64,000 nucleotides of DNA from Rhynchopus sp. YZ270_cl-10. Its lineage: Eukaryota. Position numbers and translations under genes: made by a program. Each line of letters begins with the position of its first letter. Position 1 is the first letter of the stretch. The DNA lies in contig OZ037847.1 in the NCBI GenBank assembly GCA_964035575.1, forward strand, positions 620,001 to 684,000, written 5' to 3'. This document shows, in pieces, positions 12,651 through 26,240 of the stretch. The notes beneath the pieces are model-generated. The model had not been told where the DNA came from. It worked only from the letters and a program-made list of their open reading frames with translations, and did no database searches.

Positions 12651-13176
12651 AAAAGAGTGGGATGGGGAGGGGGAAGGGGTCTTGGTAACTCGCGAGAGCC
12701 AAAGGTATGTTACGATTGCTGTTGTTTGCACGCTGAAACCAAAGAAAAGAAAAAGAAAAAGAAAAGAGAGAGAGAAAAAAAAAAAAAAACTCAGCGGGTG
12801 GTGATTCTTATTCGAGCAGTAATAATCCTTCTTCTTCTCATGACAACTTCGTTGGAACAACCCAGTTGCCCACCTGCTAGCTTTTGCTTGAAAACGAAAG
12901 AAAAATGTCAAAACTTAAAAAGTGCTGATACGGTGACAAAACCACAGACGCAGAAGAACCCCTTTTTTGGTGAAGTGAGACCACTTTGGTGGCGGCCTCA
13001 CTCGAGGGGAACTGTATGCTAAAGACTTCGTGGCCCATCATAATATCGAACTCTGACTCAGGCATTACTACAAAAATAAAATAAAATCGTGTACAGCTCA
13101 CTCTGGGAAAATGACAGCGGACGTAAAAAAGGGTTGTAAAATATGCATCAACTATGGAGAAAAAAAATATTTTTAA

Positions 13177-14392
13177 CCCTTTGGTTCCGAAGGACTTTTT
13201 TTCAAAAAAAAGTTTTTTTGGGCCCCCCGGCTCTTTCTGCAGTAAAAAAATTTCTGGTGCAAATTTTTGACCGATTCTGGTCGCATTTGAAAGATTTTGA
13301 ACACCGCTTTCAAATTTTCAAAAAATCGAAAAAAATCGGGAAAAAATCAGTGGTCAAAAAAGTGGGGAGCTCGTCATGAACTTTTTCAAAAATTCCAAAA
13401 AATCGACTTAAAAAATTCGGAGTGTTTCAAATGTGGTCGAAACATGCTTTATTTGAAAGATTGGTGACAATCTACCTATCCCGAAAAACTTAGTAAAAAA
13501 AGTTTACACAGAAATGAGCTCACAGCATGTTGCTGCTTGTTGCCGCCAGCAGATTACCCGTTTTCACACGTTTTGCCTTGAAAACCCAGTGGGAGGGGGT
13601 AAAAGGGGGTTGGGGGTAAGGTGACCTAGGGCTAACGAACTCGAGTGTCGATCTGACGTCATCTTCGGACCCGAGCATTGCACAGGATGGCAACCACCAA
13701 GCTCATTATTCGTTTTGCGGTTCAACCCGTCAATCGCCTGGTTCAGGTAGTTCACCGAGTACGACAGACCTGGCTTGTGTGCCAGCATGATGAAGCTTAA
13801 TGGTTTCGCCCCCCGGGCTCCCCCCCTTCTAAAATATTAAGGGATGCACAAAAGTTTTCGATTTTTGCTTCTTTTGAAAGATTTGTGGAAAATATTTCAA
13901 AATATCAAAAATGTTTTCCCGAAGTTTAGTAGAAATTTATTTAAAGCATGTCGCCATTGGAGGATAGGGGGAATAACACACTTTTTTTACCATGCTCTGA
14001 TTTTACCCCCCGGGCTCTCCCACTTCTGAAAAATCAACAGATGTACAAAAAAAATTGATTTTTGCTTCTTTTGAAAGATCTGTGCAAAATCTTTCAAAAT
14101 GTGTAAACCCGAAATGTTCCGAAATGTAGTAGAAATTTAGTCAAAATATGTCGCCATTGGAGGGCCGGGAAATATCACATTTTCCCCTTCATTTTCCCAT
14201 TTTACCCCCCGGGCTCTCCCACTTCTCAAAAATCAACAGGTGCACATTTTTTTTTGATTCTTGCTTCTTTTGAAAGATCTGCACAAAATCTTTCAAAATA
14301 TAAAAAAATGTTTTCCCGAAATATAGTAGAAATTTATTTAAAGCATGTCGACATTCGTAAAGCCACGTATGTGGCTCGCAGGAACTAAAGGG
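13177..14392. mobile_element. piggyBac-type non-autonomous element
   Basis: TTAA|CCCTTTGGTTCC ... GGAACTAAAGGG|TTAA; three internal ~197-bp tandem units (~13808-14350). Confidence 0.85.
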
Positions 14393-16177
14393 TTAAAACA
14401 AAAATGCAAAAAAACGCCCCACACGAACGTATCCATCAGGAACTGCAGACGACACGATTCTTTCGGAATGTATGGTTGAGGTAAAGAAGACACTCTGGTC
14501 TGACAAAGAAATTGGAAAAGAAAAAAAAAAAAAGAAGATAAAACTAAGCTGGTATTTTAATCACCTAAAAGAAAATGAAAAAGGGAGGGGGGGAATGAAG
14601 GGGATGGAGGTGCGCAACATGAGAGTGAGTGAGAAAGAATCTGAAGGGTAAGAAAAATAGAAGAAAATAAGAAGGGGGGAAAAAAAAGAAAAGAAAGAAA
14701 AGAAGAAAAAAAAACAGAAAGACAGATGGGCTCTCGGAGCAACATCGCAGCTTTCAAGGGGGGGAAATGTGCTACAGATGAATGAATCCCAAAGGATGCA
14801 CTCATCGTAAGACAACAAAAGGGGGGTTTTTTTTCAGGGAACTAATGAAAAGTGGGCAATACGGTTTGTTTAAATACCGGGAAATTGAGTGTTTTGTAGA
14901 TCGAGTAACAATAATAAAGGAAAAAGGGAAAAAAAAAAGAAAAGAGATTTTTTTTTTTTTGTTGTATCGACAATCACGTAACACCTACTGGTATAACGTG
15001 ATTGTCGATACAACAAAAAGTTTTTTTTTTTTTTTTTTGGATCGGTGTCTGACCACTATCGTTGCTTTCAATCCATAAATTGGAACAACAAAATTGAGGT
15101 TGAATACCAGCGATATGTGCGTAAACCAAAAAGGTATTTCAAAAACAAAAATGAAAGACTAGTATGCCTCAGGTGCATACAAATCTAAAAGAAAAATAAG
15201 GGGAAGCCTTGATAGGTGAATAGGGCTAAGGGGGGTATGAAATGATGAGTGTACTTCAACACAGAAACATTCATATTTCCACACGAAAAGGAAAAAAAAA
15301 AAAGGAAAAACAAAAAACAAAAAACAAAAAACAAAAAATAGAACCGAGTTGAGTACAGCAGCTGGCTTGTTAAGACAGCGCACACAACTCGATTCCCTCC
15401 CCCCTCCCTTTTTTCGTTAGGGGGAAACATATAAGTTGAAACATGAAACCAAGGGAGAGCACTGCAATGCTGCACACATCTTTGCCTATTGCTTTGGGAG
15501 GCACAACCTACAAAAAGAATATGGGTCCATGAATGTGCTTGAAAAACAGCCCCGCCACCGTATAAAGTTCTGTTGCGACAACTCGGGGCCGAAGTATCTA
15601 TATTTTTTTTTTTTGCTCCACAAAAAATAATAAAGTTCCCAATGTCTGAGGGAATCCCCTTATATTTTACAGCCAAAAAAAAAAAAATGCGAACCAACGC
15701 TGCAAAAAGTTGACTAACGAAAGGGATCAACTCGGGAATGCAAAAAAGCGGCACCGTTGGGTGACGCAAACGCAACCACCCCACAACAGAACTCAAAAAA
15801 AAAAAAAAAAAAAAAATCAGAAATTTTAGCGGTGGGTCTGTTGAAAAACCAAAAAAAAAAAAAACTTCATTTTTGCTGGGCACTTCCCCCCCGACAATCA
15901 CCTCACTGGGGTAGGGTAAGTGCTCAAATATTCGCCCAAAGGCTTTTTTTGTACTCAAAATGATAGACAATACGTCTTCAACTCAAGATTTCTTTTTTTT
16001 TTTTGAAAGGGGAGGGGAGACAAGGGAAAAGGTGTCATTTTTGACGCATCGAATCGAAAAGGAAAAAAAAAAACGGGGTTTGGGTAAAAAAGAAAAAGGA
16101 ACGTAAAAGGGGCGAAGTGGGGTTTGGGGGGGGTTGGGTATGTGAGTGAACTGCTAATACCCCCCGTTTTTATTTTT

Positions 16178-16208
<31 letters not shown>

Positions 16209-16831
16209 GCGAGGGGGTCAAATAAGAGTAGTAGGCTTCTCTTTTATCAGGTGAACGTATTCTGGGGAATGCATTCGCCTTTGTTTGTGCGTAAAGTGTG
16301 TAATAAATATTCTGTGTTGATATTTTTATCACTGCAATACGCTCCCACTGACTACCTGACCGTGAAGAGGAACCTCTTTGAGTCCAAAAAAGTATGGTTC
16401 TTATTTGACCTCCACTCAAAAAATAAAAATAAACACACACACACACACACCGGACATGGCTCTTTGTTTTGGATGCCGGTCATCGCTCTCTTCCCCCCCT
16501 CCCCCCACCTAATCCCCATCCCTGTTCGGGACTCTATATTGTGTTTGATAAATTGTTGGAATCGCGTAGTTGCCACCATTGGTGAGAAAACTCCGCTCTT
16601 TTTTTTTTTTTTTCTTTTTTTTTTTTTTTGTTGTTTTCGACAATTGATAACTTTACACCCCTACTCGGGAGAAAGTTGCTGCCGTTCTTTTTTTTGTATT
16701 TTTTTGTATTTTTTTTTTGTGTTTTGTATTATTTTTTTTACCCCACCCCCCTCCACCTTCCCATATTTGAATTTTTTTTTTTTTTTTGTATTTGAACTGA
16801 ATATAAAAGAGGGCTTACAATAGAAAGTGAT

Positions 16832-17319
16832 TGGTGCTTCCCGGGGGGTATGCATTTCACAAATTTTCAATTCAATTCACAACTTTTCACAACTATTCAC
16901 CACCCTTTTTTTCTTCGTTGGTGAAGCTTTTAAATGCCGGCATTTGCATTTCCGGAATCCGTCCGGCCAGTGGTGGGGTCAATTTGCCGAAATGGACAAG
17001 TTCTCGTCATTTCCGCACAGTACGCAGTACACAGGTACACAGGTACACCACATCACGTTCTATCTTGTGAATCCCAAAATACCCCTCAATGGGTGGGCCA
17101 CCACCCAACCCAAAAAAAAAACCCCCAAAAAAAATAAAATCAATTCACAACTTTTCACAACTTTTCGCACTTTTCACAACTTTTCACAATTTTTCACCAT
17201 TTTTCACCATTTTTCACCAGCCTTCACAATTTTATAGCGGTTTTCGTGTTGTGAAAATTTGTGAAAACTTGTCACATTTTGTGAAAATTTGTGAAATGCA
17301 TACCCCCCGGGAAGCACCA
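16832..17319. mobile_element. Element E: TG...CA MITE with 5-bp TSD
   Basis: ~38-bp perfect TIR TGGTGCTTCCCGGGGGGTATGCATTTCACAAATTTTCA; TSD GTGAT; TTTTCACAA sub-repeats. Confidence 0.9.
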
Positions 17320-18207
17320 GTGATGATGATTTTTTTTTTATACATAAGTTCACACAGATGGCTTCTCTTTTGTTTTTTGTTTTTTTGCTGCAGCATCAAA
17401 TCACCCACTGAGATGGGTTTTTTTGTACTCAGGATCGCGCAAAAAGGGCTAGACACCCTTTCATGATACTACAAAAGAAAGCCATTCGTTTCCCCCCCCC
17501 CCCCTCGCGACAGTGAAGTAAATAACTTGACTTGTGGTTTTACTTCACCGTCGTGCTCCCGCAGGCTCCCCCCCTCCCCAGTTGATATTGAAAAATTCTT
17601 AGAATTTTTCAAATATTATTCGCAAATATTTTGGTATGTACACGTTTTTATATTAGGATTTTTTTTTATTCTTTTGTGGGGTTTGGGTTTGGGTTTGGGT
17701 AAGGAAAAGGGTGGGTTTTTGGTGGGTTTTGATGGTAAACAGAATGCTTTAGAAACAAACAGGACCTGTTCAATTTTATTTTATTTTTTTAATGAACATC
17801 CCTCATGAAAGTCCCTCATGCGCAAACACAATAAAATGCTCTGATGAATGTATCTCTTGTACACACTCATCGAAAAGCCTCTTCTTTAAAAATACATGTC
17901 GGCACATTTTTTAGGAGACATTTTTTCTTTTTCTCTTTTTTATACGAAATTGAAACCATATTCTGATCATGGCTTCCACCCTATCCCCGTTTTTTTTCTG
18001 TTCTTTCTGTGTTCTGTACTTTTTGTTTCTCACATATTTTTAGTTTTTTTTTGTTGGTGATGAATATCCGATAGGGGTTTTTTTCTTTTCTTTTTTGTCA
18101 GGTTCGTTTATTATGGTAGTATGGACAACAGCACCTGACAAAGGGACAACGTCTCGTTGCGAACAACACAACGCAATATCACCGTTCGTTTTTTTTTTGC
18201 TTTTTTT

Positions 18208-18256
18208 GAAAACTTGGTTGTATTAGTGTAGCCACCCTAGAGTGTGCTCCACTATA
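18208..18256. repeat. Hairpin mini-element family H3, representative copy
   Basis: AAAACTTGGTTGTATTAGTGTAG...CTCCACTA; about 10 related copies in the window. Confidence 0.8.
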
Positions 18257-18691
18257 GCTTTTTTAAAAAAAATTAAACTTGGTATTCACTCTCGTCACGC
18301 TGCCAAGGCAGTTGTGGCTACTCGTATTTTTTTTTTGTTCTGTCAGAGGGTGCCTTTTGAAAGGCTAGGATGCTGACAGAGTGGCACACCTCTTCCAGGC
18401 AGAGTGTGGCAGAGATTTAAAACAACAACACCACCAACAACAAAATCGAAACCTCTAGTACTTAGCCCCAGGGTGGAGGGTGTGTTGGAGTCATAAATGA
18501 TTAGTGCTGTCATGGAGGAGGGAGTGCAAAAAGATACTTTCTTTTCTAAACGAAAAGAAGGCAAAGAGATTTTAAAAAAAATCAATTTCATATACTTTCC
18601 ATTCAAAGAGAAAGCACACAAAGGACGTTCAAAAACGATACATCCAGAAGAAGAAAAAAAAATAAAAACAAAAAAAAAGAGAAGTTGAGCT

Positions 18692-18797
18692 GTGCATACG
18701 CATCACCGTTCATCGGCAGACACAGGGCACTGCTTCTCCACGGGTTATCGAACCCCCAGAGAGCACGTCATTGGTGTACACATGGTTTCCACGAGGG
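18692..18797 (-). mobile_element. tRNA-derived SINE-like repeat (family H4)
   Basis: Aligns by eye to 2074-2160; intact GGTTCGA B-box on the minus strand. Confidence 0.6.
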
Positions 18798-19844
18798 AAA
18801 GGTTGTGTGCAAGGTAAACAAAAAAAAATCTTGAAAGGTGAATGTGGCACAATAAAGACACAGCTGAAAGTGAAGTTGATGACGTGCAGACATTTCTTGG
18901 ATGCAGGCACGTGAATAAATATCTCAAGGTTTTTTTTCAAAAAGAAATAAAAATGCCCAAAAAAAAAAAAAAAAGTGTTGCAAAGTGAAAAGGGTACATT
19001 GACACACACTAATAAGCAATGTGATAGGCCCAGATTGTTTTTTTTCTTTTTGTCGTTTTGCACACAATAGCAGGCAACAGAACAGAGGTTTCAAAACCAC
19101 TTAACACCTGGGGTTTGGGAACAGGGGAAGAACACGAAAGGTAGAGGGGCGTAATGGGGCGTAAAAATGCAAGAATTCAAAAGCACAGGGCTTCCGTCTG
19201 TAGTGAAGTGGGGAAGTGGGGAAGTCATGGGGCAGGACGCTCAAGCCCAAATAAAAGCGAGGGGGTTTTATTTTGTGGAGACTCTTTAGGGGGAAGGCGC
19301 TTTGTCAAAAAAAATTGGTAGCCAATTTATTTGAAAAAAACTTTCATCGGGAAAGACAAAAAAAAGTACGATTTTCCGTTGACTGCAAGCCAATAAAGCT
19401 GATTTCATATAGAAGAGAAGCACCATTGAGTGCACACCAATAGGAAACATGAAAGATGAATGGGCCTTAGCGGGCACACATCGAATGTTCAAAAAACAAA
19501 ACAAATAAATCAAAATAAAAAACCCCCCCAAACTTTAGTGGGGGGGCATTATAGAGTGTTGAAAGTGCGAGCAACTTTACGGAGGCAGGCACATAAAATA
19601 AACTAAAATGAATGTGAGAGATGCACTGAACACGGAAATAAAGTGAAAAAAATAAATAAATAAATAAAAAAACAAAACAAAAAGGGAAAATATAGGACTC
19701 ACTTTAACAAAAAAACACGATGTATCGCAGGTGATTGATCAACCTCCTGCTTTTAATAGTGATTGGATATACGGAGGTACGTTCTTTTTTTGTTTTTTTG
19801 CTTTCTTTTTTTTTTGAAAAGAGCGGTAGGTTTTTACGGCGGAG

Positions 19845-20892
19845 CAGGCCATATCCTAAATCGGGATTTTTTTGGAAAATTTTCAAAAACTGGATCCAGA
19901 ATTTTTCTCCGGGAAAAAATTTTTTTTCCAGAAAAAAAACCCATTCCGAGCTTTCTCCCCCGCGTTGGCGGGGCATCTCCCCTCCGTTGGCGGGGCATGC
20001 TCCCCTCATATATTGCAAACAATACACAATAAAGAGTACTTGAAACGTGGTGAAACGCAGCTCCAATAAATCATTAGGATAAATACCACCCTTCTTTTTT
20101 CTTTTTTTTCCAGTGTTTCCCAGCTTCTCACCTAACTCTGAAAATAGGTGAGATTTTGCGGTTTTGCGGGTTTTGGTAGAGGTGTGGCGAGCCCCACCTT
20201 AGCTCAAGTTGGGGGCCTCCGGCGGAATGTGAGAAGTTCTCGGAGTTCGGCACTTCATTGATATTTGCACCAGGCACGCGTGGTACACGAATTATCAGTA
20301 ACCTCAGTACATTTACAAAATAAACGGCAGTCATGGCGGGCATGGCACCCAAGCGAAGCCACGGTACGCAACATTTCTAAAAATTGTTGACATAAATGTC
20401 ACTGTCGTTGGAAGATTGGGGGGTCAGCTTGTTTTTGTGCCAAAATTTTTTCAGCACTGCTGACCAGGGACATTGGGAACATAGGGATTTTTGCGGAGCA
20501 AAAAAAAAAAAAAAAAACAAACAAATGGCGCCGCAGGCGAAAAAAATTTAGGGTACGGTGTAAAAATCTATCTTTTTACACCACATAGTCACACACCGAA
20601 CCCTTTTTTGCGGAGCAAAAAAGGGAAAATGGCGCCGCAGGCAAAAAAAAATTGAGGTACAGCCTGGATGGTGCGGTCAGCAACCCAGTTTCATGCACCA
20701 ACCACTCCCGTGGTTCAACCATGATTTTTTCCCCCCGGGGCCCCCCCGCCACACTGGGCCACGGGAAAATTTTTTTTCCCGAAATTTTTTCAAAACTCGG
20801 ATCCAGAAATCAGGAAAAAAAAAAAACGGGAAAAAAGTATGAAAAACCCCGGAAAAAAGTGGGATCCAGAATCCAGATTAGGAAATAGCCTG
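19845..20892. mobile_element. hAT-type non-autonomous element
   Basis: CAGGC...GCCTG imperfect TIR; 8-bp TSD CGGCGGAG; GGATCCAG subterminal motifs. Confidence 0.85.
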
Positions 20893-21770
20893 CGGCGGAG
20901 AAACAAAAAAAAAAAAAATGAAACATTGGCAAATTGAATCATTCCATAGAGAATACTCTGTTGAGGGGTACTTGAACAAATCACGCCAACGACATATTAT
21001 GTTTACTTTATTTTTGCTTTACTTTAATAAGTAGCAATAAATGCCATGCAAACAGCTTTGCCACAACAGATACGCAATGAGCGGCTCAAGAGGATGCAAA
21101 TACAATAAAAAAGTATTTCAAAAATAAAAAAAAATTTGGACGAATGTGACCATCTGTTTGGGGGAAGGGAGACAGAAGCTCTCTGTCCAGGCACTGCGTA
21201 TACCCTTTAGTGAGTACGCTCTGACCGCAATAAAAAGACAAAGTGCTACAATACGCCTCCCAGAAGTTCACATTGTCCTTTTTAGAAGTTTCTTTTTTTT
21301 CAAAAAATATTCAAAAAATAAAGAGAAAGCTTGTAAGATGATCCGAAGCCTTTTGTGCTTGCCACCTTTAAAATAATACGGGGGTATGCGAAATGGGTGA
21401 GAGAAAGAGAGAGATTTTTGTTTGTTGTGTGGGGAGAAGAGAGAGAGAGCAAGAAAAAAAAAAATGTGTGTGATGTTTTTGTACATATAGTTGTGAGGGG
21501 TTTGGGTTTTTATTTTGTATCTCAATGGGGTTTGGGTTTGGGTTTGGGATTCTTCGGGGGGGGGGGTTTGAACAGTAGTATAAAATATTTTATCTTTCTT
21601 GTTCCTTTCGTGGGGGTTTTCTGATTTTCATTAAATCGATAGTTACATTCTTGGACTTGGGCCCTTTCCCCCCCGAACAGGAATCATTCTAGGGTATTTT
21701 CTTTTGATTCGATGCGACAAAACGTTTCCTTTTCCCCCCCTTTTTTTTCTCCTATTCTTCAGTTCTTTGT

Positions 21771-24309
21771 TCATCCGCTGTATGGGTTGTGGGTGCTGGG
21801 GATTCCGTATGCTTCGTTGACAACTCCTGCGCCATAAACGTCGGAGATTTGTGAAAGAGTGGAGGGACGTCTGCTTTCATTTTCAAGACCTGTTGTGAGG
21901 GAGGCACCGCTGGTCATGTCTGAGATGGCTGTCACTGCACCGTCGCTGGGGAAACGTCCCTCGATGGGGCTGGAAAGAATGCGGGTTGCGAAGTACGGCG
22001 TTTCAAAGGGACGGAGGCCTTCAAAGGGGTTCGCGTTGCTGGCGTTCCCTGCAGACTCGCGACGCTCTGTTGCGGTGGACTGCAGCGCCGCCTCTGTCCA
22101 CTGCGGCTTGTGCTTCACGAAGTACATACACAGTACAAACGGCCGTGATACACCACATCCTACCATTGCAGGGATTTCTGTCGGCTTTACAATTTCTCCA
22201 TTCAGAGTTCCCAGGAAGCTGACAGCCTCGTCGACCCCTGAGAGGACCACAGTGACCTCACCGCTGATACCGGTGGATTCTTGGACGATGGGGTCAGAGT
22301 GTGGCGCTTTCTTTGCGAGAACTGCCTGGATGAGAGCAACCGGTTTGGTGCCGGGGATGTTCCAGATTGCGATCTTCGCGGAGGGTGCGCTGTTGCGTTC
22401 TCTGGCGGGTGCTGGTGGGGCTGGCTGGTGGGTCTGTCTGGAGCACATTCTGTGCTGCACGACGGTCTTCTCGCCGGACCAGTGCAGGGCGTTGGCGTGC
22501 TTGCCGACCTTTGTGATGAGGGTGCGTCCGAAGACGGAGCAGCGGTTCAGGTGTTCGATAGCATTGCGCGCGTCGTGCGGGGTCTTGAACTGCACCAGGG
22601 CGCATTCCTCGTGCTTTGCGAGGAGACGGGCCGCGATGACGTCACCGTACTGGCTTGCAATCTTCCAGAGCATGTTGATGGAGATGTTCGAGCTTCTGTC
22701 GATGAAGGTCTGTCCGCTGTCAACCTCCGTCTTCGCCAATCCTGCCACGTGCACGCACACCCCGCCAGCATGAGCAGTGTGTGTCGGCTCTGCTGCATTC
22801 ACAGGAATGGTCCCGTAGTCGCGCGACTCTGCCTGCGGGGGCAGCAGCACACCAGCACCCTTCACCTTCTTCCCCCAAAGGAAGTCCAGTGCACACCCGC
22901 CAAAGAGCCCCTGCACGCTGCCAGAGTCGTTACCTGTGTTGTTGGGTGTTGGAGAGGGAGAACGGGTTTTGACATAGTTGATACGGTTTAGGAGCGGTGT
23001 GCTAACAAATAGAAAAATCAAGAGAAAAAAGGAGGGTGAAAAGCATACCCTGATGTCTGTTAATGAAGACCCCCTGAAGCTCCTGCAGGATGGTGGCGTT
23101 GCGCTCTGTGAAGTCCTGGTTGCGTTCGTCGTTGATCTGGAACTTGAGGTGCGACTGGTTGGACGGGATGACGACAATGTAGCAGTCTGTGTTGGTGCTC
23201 TCCGGGAGCAGCTGTGTGCCCTTGACGTACTCGCCGTGGTGGCCGAACATTGCGAAGATGGTGTCCGGGTTGATGGTTGCGTCGCAAAGGTACTTCATCG
23301 CAACAGTCGCCTGCTCGACGCTCTTGTACTGCACAAGAAACTGCTTCTTTGAGTGCTTCTCAAAGAAGCTCAGCTTCTCCACTACACCAAACTGCGAAAA
23401 AAACCAAAAAAAGATGTCCCACGCAGGCTTCGGCGACGTGAAGTTGTCAAGCACCACCAGCAGCACCCGTCCAGCGCCTTCCTGGCTCTCAACCTCAACA
23501 GGCACATTCTGCAAGACATGTGCATTCGGCTGGTATGCAGGCACGGACGCAACAATGCGCAGGCCGTCTGTGTCAAAGCTCGAAACCGGTACCTGCTTCG
23601 TCTGCGGGTTCAACGGTGCAATCACGGCATGCTGCTTGTCCAGCGGTGCAGGGACCTGCGTCACATTCTGCGCCACTGGAACTGCGCTCTGCTGCTGCAC
23701 CATCGGTTGCAGTGCTGCCATCGGTGTGTACTGGATCTGCGGCTGCGAGGCGAACTGCACTCCCTGCATCGGCTGTGTGAGGAAGGGCTGCTGGAACACC
23801 TGCTGCGAGCTGGGCGCCATGGTCTGGAAGGATGGGGCCATCGTCTGCAGTGTGGGCGACACCGTCTGCAGTGTGCTCTGTGCGTCGACCAGGTTCACGC
23901 CCTGAAGGGACTGCAGCTGTGCAATGTTGTCTGTGGAGAGGAGGCCGTACTGCTGCAGCTGGGGGTTCACGTTCGCAGGAGCCCCCTGGACACTGAGCAC
24001 CGCACCTTCCTGGTTTACATTGAATGCCTGCACTTGTGCAGTGTTGCCCACGTTCCCTGCGGCAAGTGTGCTGGCAATTTGTTGCTGTTGTTGTTGCTGC
24101 TGCTGCTGTTGCTGTTGCTGCAACTGTTGCTGCTGATGTTGTTGCTGCTGCTGCTGCTGGATCATTTGCTGCTGCTGTTGCTGCTGGAGTTGCTGCTGCT
24201 GGAGTTGTTGTTGCTGCAAAAGCTGCTGCTGTGTGAACTGTGGTTGTTGTGTGAAATGCTGTGGGGTCGCGTTCATGCCGGGCTGCACAATCTGTGGGAA
24301 CTGATTCAT
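21771..24309 (-). CDS. Polypyrimidine-tract-binding (PTB/hnRNP L family) RRM protein with N-terminal polyQ, 2 exons, ~807 aa
   Basis: Exons 24309-23049 and 22933-21771 are joined by a phase-1 GTATGC...AACACAG intron (23048-22934). Motifs RVLLVVLDN..FSQFGVVEKL..FLVQY and QYGDVIAARLL..ALVQF..AIEHLN, plus APSAKIAIWNIP, resemble PTB RRM2, RRM3 and RRM4. Confidence 0.85.
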
Positions 24310-24985
24310 TGCCGACGGCAGCTGTGCTGAACTTTGCGGGACAAACAGAGGTGTGTTGGTGTGCTTGCGATGTGGTGGGTGGTGGTAGTGGTGTAGATGT
24401 GATTCGTGGTGTGTTGAAAATCACCTATTTGGAGTGTACTATAGAGCCTGTTTGTGGAAGGTGGGTTGCGTGTATGGGATGGGGGCTGCCAAAAGATGCA
24501 ACTAAAACACTATTTTCTTTCACGCACACATACGATAGGAGAGAACACACCCGACCAAATAAAGAAAAGTTGGAAGTGCAAACACACCGTTCATCGGCGG
24601 ACGCAGGCACTGCTTCTCCACGGGTTATCGAAATAAAAAAAAATCAACGCTCTTTCCAGGCAGGTACTTGTAGGCTGCAACTGACACCTAAAAAAGAGAC
24701 AACGGAACCTCGCAATGCGTCAATGCAACAAGAAGCGGGCTGCATCACCATAGGCTAGACATGATGACGCTAAAGAGAGATTCCCATGCAGACGCAAAAC
24801 AAAGAACGGGGAAAACTAAGACAAAATTCTAGCTAAACCAAGTCTCTCGCGCTTAGTCACTAAGAAAATTTTAAAGATAAATGTGTGAAACGATAAATAT
24901 GGTAAGATGCACATTGGCCACCTCAGAAAATATATCGTTTATTACTCCGTAAGTTGGCCAAAAACTCTTTTCAACCCCTACAACA

Positions 24986-26020
24986 TCACTCACTCTCCTC
25001 CCCCTTCTCCTCAGCTTCTTCTTCACACCTTGCCTCTGCCTCTGCCTCCGCCTCTGCCTCTCGCTGTTCCCCTCTTGTGTCCACATACTCCAGGTCGCAT
25101 CGTTTGAAGAGGTTCAAGATGTTTTCTTCCGGCTGCTTTACAATCTTTTTCCTGAATGTTTCTTCATGAGTGTTTGTCACCGGGTTGTAGCCGGTGTGCG
25201 GGAGAAGCTCCTTTTTGAAAAGGGATCCATACGCCTGGTGGGGGTGCAGAGGGAGAAGCGACTGTTCGACCAACCACTCCAATTTTACTTTTGTTGCTAG
25301 CTTCATAGTAGCGCCGGCGCCTTCGATTTTGCCTTTTTGCTGAAAAACTGCGTCGGCAACACCGTTCAGACCTGAGTCATAACCACGCCACAGAAGCACA
25401 CCACATGCTTCGTGCAATGTATCATACTGAGCCAATCTGCAGTCGAACACACCGAGAAGACGTTCTTCATCTCCGTTTAGACCACCTTCTGGAACCAATT
25501 TCATGAGAAGATGGTTGAAGAGCACACTGACGTGGGATGCACTGAGGGAGAGAAGCTTTTGGACACGCCCGTTGCGGAGGTGCGGCATTTGCTCGCCTCG
25601 GACGATGCGTGCTGGGGGGATGAGGACGGTCATTTCATCGCTTTGGGTGTACCCGGCGAAGGCGTGGGTGTACTCCATGAGAGAGGTCACACAACGTTGC
25701 ATGATGTCCGCCATCTCAGGAGAGAACCCCTGTGGGATAAGCCCAGCACGACGCAGCACCTTCAGATATTTGGAAAAACCACTCCCATCAAGACGAAGGG
25801 TAAGCCACTTCGACCCATCAACAGAATCAACCAAACTGCTTTCACGTTCCTGCTTGCGCACGAAATCCCCCAACACATTCCACTCCGTTCTACCTACATG
25901 GGGTGCCAGCTGGTACATATCCTCCTTCAGACCATTGATCTTCCATTCATGCGTTTCATGGCTTCGCAACAAACCTACAATGCGAGTCACAGCGGCGGAA
26001 AGGGTTTGCGGGGATGCCAT
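24986..26020 (-). CDS. THG1: tRNA(His) guanylyltransferase / Thg1-like protein (3'-5' polymerase family)
   Basis: 344-aa ORF with RLDGSGFSK, YTQSDEMTV, NGRVQKLLSLSAS and FDCR motifs typical of Thg1/TLP; acidic C-terminal tail. Confidence 0.9.
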   Translation of the reverse strand: MASPQTLSAAVTRIVGLLRSHETHEWKINGLKEDMYQLAPHVGRTEWNVLGDFVRKQERESSLVDSVDGSKWLTLRLDGSGFSKYLKVLRRAGLIPQGFSPEMADIMQRCVTSLMEYTHAFAGYTQSDEMTVLIPPARIVRGEQMPHLRNGRVQKLLSLSASHVSVLFNHLLMKLVPEGGLNGDEERLLGVFDCRLAQYDTLHEACGVLLWRGYDSGLNGVADAVFQQKGKIEGAGATMKLATKVKLEWLVEQSLLPLHPHQAYGSLFKKELLPHTGYNPVTNTHEETFRKKIVKQPEENILNLFKRCDLEYVDTRGEQREAEAEAEAEARCEEEAEEKGEESE

Positions 26021-26240
26021 GCGAGCTTCTGAAGAAAAAAGGAAAAAGGAAAAAAAATGTGTAGATAAACCTAGCCTCAGTACTTAGTCACCTAAAGGGG
26101 GCGAGGGGGTGAGGGGAAGGGAGGGGGTGGAAACTACTTATTGCGGTATTCCTGTGTATATGAAAGAGTTTTTTTTGAAAACTTGGTTGTAGTGTAGACA
26201 TCCGATGAACTCCACTATATTGTTTTTGTGTTTTCAATTA

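Noticed and set aside
17678..17700. (GGGTTT)n telomere-like runs (also ~21527)
   Set aside because: Only 3-4 units in an interstitial position; simple microsatellite.
18208..18256. Twister ribozyme reading of family H3 (GTGGAG, TAATAC)
   Set aside because: The conserved L4 loop and pseudoknot partners are absent; a plain hairpin explains it.
23002..23003. Nearer TTAG acceptor for the PTB-like intron
   Set aside because: It gives an immediate in-frame stop; the acceptor at 22934 preserves the frame.
21859..24424. Long plus-strand and alternate-frame ORFs over the PTB-like gene
   Set aside because: Shadow ORFs of a GC-rich, CAG-repeat coding region.
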